Shown here piece after piece: positions 8,412-14,985 of a stretch of DNA of 20,000 bases (positions are counted from its first letter, which is position 1; each line of letters begins with the position of its first letter). A model generated the notes under the pieces. That model was not told the DNA's origin. It ran no database searches and saw nothing but the letters and a program-made list of their open reading frames with translations. Made by a program: the position numbers and the translations under genes. Source of the DNA: an uncultured virus (IMG/VR IMGVR_UViG_3300027851_000025) (Duplodnaviria; Heunggongvirae; Uroviricota; Caudoviricetes); IMG/VR virus record IMGVR_UViG_3300027851_000025, one strand, 5' to 3'.

Positions 8412-9088
8412 GAGTAAATGAAATCTTTTGTTCTTTGGATGGGGAAGTAAATCAATGGGGGCAGGGCAAACCAACTGTATTCATCCGGCTCCAGGGCTGC
8501 AATCTCAGGTGTCCTTACTGCGATACCAAACAGACATGGGATTTGGAAGGGGGAGGTGAATTATCAGTTTATGAAATTATGGAAAAAGTAAACTCCTCTG
8601 GATTTGGCAAGGTCACTATAACTGGAGGGGAGCCCCTTTTTAGTCCTGAATTTGTAATGTTGGCAAAGGCTCTGGTCGGAATGGGGATTCAAATATCAGT
8701 GGAGACGAATGGAACCATCCCGATTCCGGCTGGAGCATGGGCAGATAAAATCTGTTGGGTGGTTGACTATAAATTGGAGCTGAAACAATCCCTTGGAGAG
8801 TTCGTATCCATCTTGGGGAGAAAACCAAGCATGTGGGTAAAAATCATTATTGGAGGATATGATGATTTTTACAAGGGGATGGAAATGGTAGAGGATATCA
8901 CCTTCCTTTTGCCTGATTGTAATTTTGCTTTCAGCCCCATGTTTGGGAAAACCAGTGAGGAACAGATTTTTACCTGGATGATCGAGAATAGATATAAACA
9001 CCCGACTATATTGAATAAAGTGGTGGTGAATACCCAGCTCCATAAAATTATTTTTCCAAAAGGCGAAAAAAACTTTGTTTTGCCTTAA
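8408..9088 (+). CDS. queE: 7-carboxy-7-deazaguanine synthase (radical SAM)
   Basis: EIF.SLDGE, FIRLQGCNLRCPYCDT (CxxxCxxC), TGGEP, ETNGT and QLHK; ATGA-coupled to queD. Confidence 0.95.
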   Translation: MRVNEIFCSLDGEVNQWGQGKPTVFIRLQGCNLRCPYCDTKQTWDLEGGGELSVYEIMEKVNSSGFGKVTITGGEPLFSPEFVMLAKALVGMGIQISVETNGTIPIPAGAWADKICWVVDYKLELKQSLGEFVSILGRKPSMWVKIIIGGYDDFYKGMEMVEDITFLLPDCNFAFSPMFGKTSEEQIFTWMIENRYKHPTILNKVVVNTQLHKIIFPKGEKNFVLP

Positions 9089-9113
9089 CGATATATTGTT
9101 TTCCAGGTATAAT
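9085..9113 (+). promoter_or_regulatory. Conserved phage promoter P3
   Basis: TTAACG 9085-9090 (contains the queE TAA stop), 17 nt, TATAAT 9108-9113, preceded by CCAGG. Confidence 0.82.
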
Positions 9114-9186
9114 CTAACATAAGCAAGACAGGGGAAGGTCCCCAACCAGATCAATTCGATCAACCAAAAGTACAAAGGAGAACCAC

Positions 9187-9942
9187 ATGGCCAAGAAGAA
9201 AGCAGCAAAAGCCCCAGAAGTCCCCCTGGAAGCCCTTCAGGCAGTAGCAATGGACTTCAATTCCTTCATGAAGTTTGCCGAGGGAGATGAGATCCCGGTA
9301 GATATGGCATACGACGATCTGCTCGGCGAGCTCACCGAATGTGCTGCCCAGTTGGAAGAGTCCGATACCATCCAGCCCGGCACCGCCGAAACCCTGACCG
9401 CCTTGGGGTTAGAGTTTGCCGCCACTGTCGCTGAGGGCGAAGCCCAGGCCGATGATGATGCCGATGATGATGCCGATGATGATGCCGATGATGATGCCGA
9501 TGATGATGCCGATGATGATGCCGATGATGATGCCGAGCCCGACAATTCGGAGCTGGTTGCCAAGGTGAACAAGGCTCGCAAGATCGACGATCTTCTGGTT
9601 ATTGCCAAGGAAGAGCGGATTGCAGTTCCCCCTCCCTTCCGGAAGGACATCAAGAAGCTGAAGGAATATCTGGTCAAGAAACTGGAAGAAGGCCCCAAGG
9701 AGAAACCGGCCAAGAAGGAGAAACCGGCCAAGAAGGAGAAGGCGCCGCGCGGCCCGTCGGTCACGAATATGATCTCCATGGAAATCTGCAAGAACGAGAA
9801 GGCATCAACAGAAGACATCGCCAAGGTCTTGAAAGAGAACGGAATGGTATTCAGCGACTCTACCATCAACACCACGAAGGCCGGCGTTCTGAAGGTTCTG
9901 AATTGCCTGAAAGAACTCGGTCGACTCAAGCCCATCAAGTAA
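9187..9942 (+). CDS. Hypothetical bipolar-charge protein (acidic N-half with (ADDD)7, Lys-rich C-half)
   Basis: AAGGAG RBS, its own promoter upstream and a terminator downstream; C/G-ending codon bias; 251 aa. Confidence 0.85.
   Translation: MAKKKAAKAPEVPLEALQAVAMDFNSFMKFAEGDEIPVDMAYDDLLGELTECAAQLEESDTIQPGTAETLTALGLEFAATVAEGEAQADDDADDDADDDADDDADDDADDDADDDAEPDNSELVAKVNKARKIDDLLVIAKEERIAVPPPFRKDIKKLKEYLVKKLEEGPKEKPAKKEKPAKKEKAPRGPSVTNMISMEICKNEKASTEDIAKVLKENGMVFSDSTINTTKAGVLKVLNCLKELGRLKPIK
9448..9531 (+). repeat. Perfect 12-bp tandem repeat GCCGATGATGAT x7
   Basis: Read directly; encodes (ADDD)7 in frame. Confidence 0.95.
9697..9740 (+). repeat. 18-bp tandem repeat AAGGAGAAACCGGCCAAG x2 plus a partial copy
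   Basis: Read directly; encodes KEKPAK KEKPAK KEK. Confidence 0.9.
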
Positions 9943-9966
9943 TTCCCGACAAACTATATATTGAAA

Positions 9967-9994
9967 GGGGATGGAGGTTTCCATCCCTTTTTTT
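9967..9994 (+). terminator. Rho-independent terminator
   Basis: Stem GGGATGGA (9968-9975), loop GGTT, TCCATCCC (9980-9987), then T7 (9988-9994). Confidence 0.85.
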
Positions 9995-10005
9995 GGAGGA
10001 TCTGT

Positions 10006-10668
10006 ATGAAAGCTATTCTCGCTTTGTCAGGAGGAATGGACTCCGCTACGGTTCTTGCCTGGCTTCGGAAAAATGGCTATGAAGTGGAATGTTTTTCTTT
10101 CTCCTATGGTTCCAAGCATAATCATTGGGAAGGAAATGCTGCCCAGAAAGTAGCAGCATTTTATGGAATGGAACTGCAGGAATCGATTGATCTGTCAAAC
10201 ATCACAAAACAATTCAAATCCAATCTCCTGAAAGGCCAGGGCGAAATCCCGGAAGGCCATTATCAGGATGAGACCATGTCGCAGACGGTGGTACCCGGAA
10301 GAAACATCATTTTTCTTTCTATCTGCGCCGGCCTTGCCTGGTCAAAAGGCGCATCCAAGATTGCCATAGGGATTCATCAGGGAGATCATACCATTTACCC
10401 CGACTGCAGGGTAGAGTTCTACGAAGAGATGTCTAAGGCGATCTCCACCGGTACAGATGGAAATGTGGATGAGATCATCGCCCCCTTCCTCCACACCGAC
10501 AAAGCAGGCATACTCGCTTGGGGCCTGAAAAACGGGGTTCCATATCACCTGACCCGGACTTGCTATAAAGACCAGCCATTGTCGTGCGGGAAATGTGGAT
10601 CTTGCGTCGAGCGCCTGGAAGCCTTTGCTTCGGTCGGGATTAAAGATCCGATTGAATATGCAAAGTAG
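10006..10668 (+). CDS. queC: 7-cyano-7-deazaguanine (preQ0) synthase
   Basis: SGGMDS, VPGRNIIF, YPDCR and TCY...CGKCGSC..R; GGAGGA at 9995-10000 places the start at ATG 10006. Confidence 0.96.
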   Translation: MKAILALSGGMDSATVLAWLRKNGYEVECFSFSYGSKHNHWEGNAAQKVAAFYGMELQESIDLSNITKQFKSNLLKGQGEIPEGHYQDETMSQTVVPGRNIIFLSICAGLAWSKGASKIAIGIHQGDHTIYPDCRVEFYEEMSKAISTGTDGNVDEIIAPFLHTDKAGILAWGLKNGVPYHLTRTCYKDQPLSCGKCGSCVERLEAFASVGIKDPIEYAK

Positions 10669-10676
10669 AATAATTT

Positions 10677-10889
10677 TTATTTTTTATGCAAGCCATAAAC
10701 TGGATGAGTATAGTTATTAATCCAGTTTATGAGGTCTAAGTCTGCCGATTGAGTTTTAGTATAAGCCGAACGAATTGGATGTTCTTTGGGTATTTTGTTG
10801 ATATGTTTATGAATAAGACCCAAAGCTTCTTCTAATTTTGATTCGGCTTTGGAAAAATCTAAAAGTTGTTCATCTGAAAAAGTAAGCAT
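10677..10889 (-). CDS. Hypothetical 70-aa protein, AT-rich, opposite strand
   Basis: Fills the gap between queC and the next + gene; GGAGG precedes the ATG at 10889 (MLTFSDEQ...). Confidence 0.6.
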   Translation of the reverse strand: MLTFSDEQLLDFSKAESKLEEALGLIHKHINKIPKEHPIRSAYTKTQSADLDLINWINNYTHPVYGLHKK

Positions 10890-10960
10890 TTTAGCCTCCA
10901 TAGAGATTGGTTTAATGTATTTAATTATTTTCCGGCTGAAATTGCAAGAGGATTCAACAT

Positions 10961-11182
10961 ATGCAAAGTAGAAGGGAGTCGCTGGCAGAAGCCTCCTTGA
11001 ATATCCTCACTGGATTTCTGGTATCCTGGCTGATCACCCCTCCCATCCTGCAGATGTTTGGATACTCAATATCCATGAACAAGGCGTTTGGCGTCACTGT
11101 AATCTATACGGTGTTTTCATTTCTGCGTTCTTACATTTGGCGTAGGATTTTCAACAGGAGAGTAAAATGGCAAAAAAGATAG
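10961..11182 (+). CDS. Small two-helix membrane protein of a common phage type
   Basis: MQS..ESL.E...N...G...S...RSY.WRR.FN pattern; two hydrophobic segments. Confidence 0.75.
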   Translation: MQSRRESLAEASLNILTGFLVSWLITPPILQMFGYSISMNKAFGVTVIYTVFSFLRSYIWRRIFNRRVKWQKR

Positions 11183-12045
11183 TCCTTTCAAACGAACAGA
11201 TTCAGGAGCGGTGTGCCGACATAGCCAATGACCTGCCAGCTCACAAAAACTTCTATGGGGTGCCAAGGGGAGGAATCGCTCCTGCTTATTTACTGGCCGG
11301 CATGTCCGATGGCTTTGTGGTTTCGAATCCGGAAGAAGCAGATTTCTTTGTCGATGATCTTATCGACTCCGGAAGAACCCGGGCAGAATATCGCGAGAGA
11401 TTCCCCTTCACCCCATTCATCTTTTTGTATGAAAAGATCGATTCCTCCCAGTGGTTCGTATTTCCTTGGGAAGTTGACAATTCCGGCAATGATACTTCTG
11501 GCGAAGACATCTTTATCCGACTCCTGGAGTTCATCGGTGAAGATCCGAGCAGGGAAGGGCTTTTGGCTACTCCCAAGAGGATGATGCGGGCCTGGACTCA
11601 TTGGACTCAGGGATACGGCAAATCTCCGAAAGATGTCTTCACTTCATTCGAAGATGGTGCGGAAGACTATGACCAGATGCTTCTGGTCGATCCTATTCCA
11701 TTCTTCTCCCATTGCGAGCACCATCTGGCCATATTCTTTGGGGAGATCCACATCGCCTATATCCCGCACAAGAAGATTGCCGGCCTGTCAAAGTTCATCC
11801 GGCTGGCAAGGATCTTCTCTCAGCGCCTGCAAGTCCAGGAAAGACTGACGGTTCAGATTGCCAACGCCATCTTCAACAGCGGCCTGGAAACCCCGGGAGT
11901 CGGGGTATTCATCAAGGCCCGGCACATGTGTATGGAATCCAGGGGGGTTTCCACTTTTGGGACCTACACCAAAACCTCGGCTCTCCGGGGGGTATTTATG
12001 AAGCCGGAGGTTCGGGAAGAGTTTTTCAACATGATCAAGTTGTAA
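11167..12045 (+). CDS. folE: Phosphoribosyltransferase-like domain fused to GTP cyclohydrolase I
   Basis: N-terminal YGVPRGG, FVDDLIDSGRT (PRPP loop) and WFVFPWE; C-terminal REGL..TP.R, SHCEHH, GLSK, RLQVQERLT and HMCMESRG. Confidence 0.92.
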   Translation: MAKKIVLSNEQIQERCADIANDLPAHKNFYGVPRGGIAPAYLLAGMSDGFVVSNPEEADFFVDDLIDSGRTRAEYRERFPFTPFIFLYEKIDSSQWFVFPWEVDNSGNDTSGEDIFIRLLEFIGEDPSREGLLATPKRMMRAWTHWTQGYGKSPKDVFTSFEDGAEDYDQMLLVDPIPFFSHCEHHLAIFFGEIHIAYIPHKKIAGLSKFIRLARIFSQRLQVQERLTVQIANAIFNSGLETPGVGVFIKARHMCMESRGVSTFGTYTKTSALRGVFMKPEVREEFFNMIKL

Positions 12046-12078
12046 TCCATTTTCCAATTTAACCAAAAGAGGAAATAA

Positions 12079-12609
12079 ATGAAAAAGTATCTGTGGCCGG
12101 CACTGTACCTGTCCAGCATTCTTCTTGGAAACTTCTTTGTCATGTGGTTTGGGATCGTCAAGTTTGCCGGCCTGACCTTCCCTGCCGGCGTTATCTTTGT
12201 CGGTCTGACCTTCTCCTTCCGAGATTTTGTTCAACGCCAATGGGGAGACTACGCCTGCTGGATCTGGATGGGCCTGGCCACAGTCATTACCTTCTTCCTC
12301 AACCGGCAAATTGCCATCGCCTCGGTCACTGCCTTTTTTGTTTCAGAGCTGGTCGACTGGGCTTGTTTCAAATACTTGAAGTTTTCATTCAGGAAGAGGA
12401 TATACATCTCAAACCTGTTCTCCTGCCCATTGGATTCTATAATCTTCGTTACCCTGGCATTTGGATGGTTTTGGCCGGCGATCTGGGGTCAGGCTCTGAT
12501 CAAGTATCTTTCCGGGTTATTGGTCCTACCTTTCCTTGGTTTGAAGGATCGCATTCCTGCCGACAATAACTATACCGACATCTTCCCTTCTTACGGAGTT
12601 GGAAAGTGA
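12079..12609 (+). CDS. yhhQ: VUT/YhhQ-family (DUF165) 7-deazaguanine precursor transporter
   Basis: Multi-TM; TF..RD.V...WG, IA.AS..AF..SE.VD, SN..S...DS..F..LAF and GQ...K; located in the que cluster. Confidence 0.8.
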   Translation: MKKYLWPALYLSSILLGNFFVMWFGIVKFAGLTFPAGVIFVGLTFSFRDFVQRQWGDYACWIWMGLATVITFFLNRQIAIASVTAFFVSELVDWACFKYLKFSFRKRIYISNLFSCPLDSIIFVTLAFGWFWPAIWGQALIKYLSGLLVLPFLGLKDRIPADNNYTDIFPSYGVGK

Positions 12610-12816
12610 AAGTTTATCTTGCCGGGGTTCCAGGGGGGTTCTCCAGGAGATTGTAAGAGGGAGAGGGAACTCTCCATTAAGTTCAAAAGAAGACTACATT
12701 CTTACTATCACATCAAAATAACAAAAAGTAATCTGATCAATCCAAATGAAAATATATCTAGCATCGGGATATTCTGTAATGAATACCAAAGGCAGAGAGA
12801 GAGAGATGCTAAGTAG
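12606..12816 (+). pseudogene. MKIYLA-family module 1, frameshifted at G6
   Basis: GTG 12606 overlaps the yhhQ stop. MKVYLAGVPGG stops at 12654-12656, but the +1 frame continues SPGDCKRERELSIKFKRRLHSYYH. G6 lies at 12633-12638. Confidence 0.7.
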
Positions 12817-12934
12817 ATTTGGGGGCGCGTATAAAAGATTAGTATCCTATTATGATTTGTCAAGAGGCAATAAAATACTTAATATAATAAATCTGAATAC
12901 GAATGAAAATATATCTTGCCGGAAATACCCCTGA
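12746..12934 (+). CDS. MKIYLA-family module 2, in frame
   Basis: MKIYLASGYSVMNTKGREREMLSRFGGAYKRLVSYY...; (AG)6 at 12794-12805. Confidence 0.75.
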   Translation: MKIYLASGYSVMNTKGREREMLSRFGGAYKRLVSYYDLSRGNKILNIINLNTNENISCRKYP

Positions 12935-13085
12935 CAGAGAGAGAGAGGAGAAAATTCTTTTACAGAAAAACCTGACCAGAAAAAGACTTTTGGCTTTCCA
13001 TTACCTTCTCTGTGATAAGAATGTAAAATTAATGTTTGATCTATGGACAAATGAAAATAAACTTTGCAGGAACTCCAGGAACTAG
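12903..13085 (+). CDS. MKIYLA-family module 3, in frame
   Basis: MKIYLAGNTPDREREEKILLQKNLTRKRLLAFHY...; (AG)6 at 12936-12947. Confidence 0.75.
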   Translation: MKIYLAGNTPDREREEKILLQKNLTRKRLLAFHYLLCDKNVKLMFDLWTNENKLCRNSRN

Positions 13086-13186
13086 AGGGAGAGAGAGATT
13101 GGCAAAAGATTTTCAATAAGCGCCTGCTCTCCTTCTGGAACTATACAAATAATGAATTTAACATCCCATTTGCTTTTGAGGAATCA
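13051..13186 (+). pseudogene. MKIYLA-family module 4 (N-terminal module of the DpdA-like gene), frameshifted at (GA)5
   Basis: ATG 13051 MKINFAGTPGTRGRER stops at 13117-13119. The +1 frame reads DWQKIFNKRLLSFWNY and runs uninterrupted into the transglycosylase. (GA)5 lies at 13089-13098. Confidence 0.75.
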
Positions 13187-14080
13187 ATGAAAAACAAAAT
13201 TGACATCTTTCTCGACTCCGGGGCCTTTTCCGCATTCACTCAGAATGTTCAAATCGACATCGAAGAATACATTGCCTTCATCAAGGAACACCAGTCGAAT
13301 CTGGAAGTATATGCCAATCTAGATGTTATAGGTTCGCCGAAAGGGACCTGGATGAATCAGAAGATCATGGAGCGTGCCGGCCTGAATCCCCTCCCCTGTT
13401 TCCACTACGGGGAGGATCTGAAGTGGCTCCACAGATATCTGAATACCGGGTATGAGTATATTGCCCTTGGAGGCATGGTTCCGATCTCGACCCGTGATCT
13501 CATTAAGTGGTTGGATACCCTCTTTGCAGAGCACTTGACCGACTCCAATGGTTTCCCGATAATCAAGGTCCATGGCTTCGGCTTGACCAGCTTGACTCTC
13601 ATGCTTCGCTACCCTTGGTTCAGTGTCGACAGTACTTCCTGGGTTATGACCGGTAGAATGGGCTCTATCTACGTTCCCAAGCGAACCAAGGGGCAATGGT
13701 CATATCATGAGGAAGCGGTGAAAATAGCCGTATCTACGCGCTCTCCGAGCAAGAAGGATGCCAACCAGCATATCTCCACCCTATCCCCGAAAAGAAGGCA
13801 GGTCATCCTCGATTACTTGGACGAAAAAGGATATGCCCTTGGGTCCTCCAGGTTTCGGAAAGAGTCCGAGAAATACGAGCTCAAAGAGAATGAACGATGG
13901 GATGGCAAGGCTGTAAATGGAAAGAGGGGCGTGGAGGAAGTCATCGAACCGGGAATCAGCAATGACTACAAACTCAGGGACGAGATGAACATTATCTATT
14001 TCCTCGATCTGGAAAAGTCCTTTCCGCCGTATCCCCGGCAATTTCAGGTCAAGAAGAGAGTGGGGTTGAAAGGACTATGA
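13187..14080 (+). CDS. dpdA: TGT-fold DpdA-like DNA guanine transglycosylase (catalytic core)
   Basis: FLDSGAFS, ANLDVIG, PCFHYG, YIALGGMV, KVHGFG and SVDSTSW match the TGT-barrel motif order; lies in the queCDE/folE cluster; GAGGA 13178-13182 precedes ATG 13187. The subfamily is not verified. Confidence 0.8.
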   Translation: MKNKIDIFLDSGAFSAFTQNVQIDIEEYIAFIKEHQSNLEVYANLDVIGSPKGTWMNQKIMERAGLNPLPCFHYGEDLKWLHRYLNTGYEYIALGGMVPISTRDLIKWLDTLFAEHLTDSNGFPIIKVHGFGLTSLTLMLRYPWFSVDSTSWVMTGRMGSIYVPKRTKGQWSYHEEAVKIAVSTRSPSKKDANQHISTLSPKRRQVILDYLDEKGYALGSSRFRKESEKYELKENERWDGKAVNGKRGVEEVIEPGISNDYKLRDEMNIIYFLDLEKSFPPYPRQFQVKKRVGLKGL

Positions 14081-14262
14081 AAGTATTTCTTGCGACTTGG
14101 GTTTTGGAGCCTTCCCAGGGTCAGACCTTGACAAAGATGGAGGCTGGCAATAGGCTTTTGAGTTACTTCCATACCAAGCAGAAAGAAGAGGTCTTTTCCG
14201 TATATTGTAGACGAGGTGTAAATGAAGATATATCTGGCAGGAAACGGGGCAATGCCAAGTGA
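14077..14262 (+). CDS. MKIYLA-family module 5, in frame, no slippery tract
   Basis: ATGA overlap with the dpdA stop; MKVFLATWVLEPSQGQTLTKMEAGNRLLSYFH... Confidence 0.72.
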   Translation: MKVFLATWVLEPSQGQTLTKMEAGNRLLSYFHTKQKEEVFSVYCRRGVNEDISGRKRGNAK

Positions 14263-14417
14263 AGAGAGAGAGAGTATATTCAGAAAAAGAATGCTTCTTT
14301 ATTCATCAGCGCCTCTTCTCTTTCTTTGAAATTCAGCCTGGAAGATTTGCCCACTCTCAATGGAATTGGATAATCCAAAACAAGGGGAAAATTCATGAAG
14401 AGGATCGAGGATGTTAA
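14222..14417 (+). pseudogene. MKIYLA-family module 6, frameshifted at (AG)6
   Basis: ATG 14222 MKIYLAGNGAMPSEERE stops at 14327-14329. The +1 frame gives RVYSEKECFFIHQRLFSFFEIQPGRF...GC* (TAA 14415-14417). (AG)6 lies at 14263-14274. Confidence 0.72.
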
Positions 14418-14985
14418 AACTGGGATGGTAAGAAGAAAAAACGTTACTTCCTATTTCGAAAGGGAACTTACCAAAAGAGGGAAAGGATATATCAAAGCTA
14501 TTGGACCATCATTTATCGAAGAAGAATTAACCCCAAAACAAATACATGATCTCAATCTTCCGACAAATAGAACCTTGAGAAATAATTCAAACAGTCTTGG
14601 TTTGACCTGGCAGTTTAAGAATGAAATAACCAGAATCAGCAGACTCGTTGAAATAAGAGAATATGGGGATAATTATTTGAAATCACCATCTATTTATAAT
14701 GGTGATATTGATAAAGCGTATGATTTCTTTAGTCCACATATTTTCCTGGTAGTGGAATATGATAATGAAAATAACCCATGTAAATTTAGTAACTTAGTAG
14801 AAGTAGGAAGTATCCCAAAGAAAATGTTTTACTTTTCCGAATCAAAAGGGAATCGAAATCGAATAAATATAAAAGGATTCTCCAGATATTTTACTATGTA
14901 TAAAATGAGCAAACACCGGAGTGGTATTTTGAATCGGCCAGATGTAATCGATCAACTGGATATTATCCTTTCCGGTAAAGAATGA
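14395..14985 (+). CDS. Hypothetical protein, 196 aa, AT-rich
   Basis: Long open frame; its stop overlaps the module 7 start; no motif recognised. Confidence 0.7.
   Translation: MKRIEDVKTGMVRRKNVTSYFERELTKRGKGYIKAIGPSFIEEELTPKQIHDLNLPTNRTLRNNSNSLGLTWQFKNEITRISRLVEIREYGDNYLKSPSIYNGDIDKAYDFFSPHIFLVVEYDNENNPCKFSNLVEVGSIPKKMFYFSESKGNRNRINIKGFSRYFTMYKMSKHRSGILNRPDVIDQLDIILSGKE

Noticed and set aside
9237..9938. 233-aa minus-strand ORF with SSSA repeats
   Set aside because: Antisense shadow of the 9187-9942 gene, which has the promoter, RBS and terminator.
9961..10005. N-terminal extension of QueC from TTG 9961
   Set aside because: It runs through the terminator hairpin; the GGAGGA RBS points to ATG 10006.
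13064..13186. ORF-track TTG start (MQELQELEG...) for the transglycosylase
   Set aside because: It is the shifted frame of module 4. ATG 13051 (with slippage) or ATG 13187 fit the paralog pattern and RBS better.
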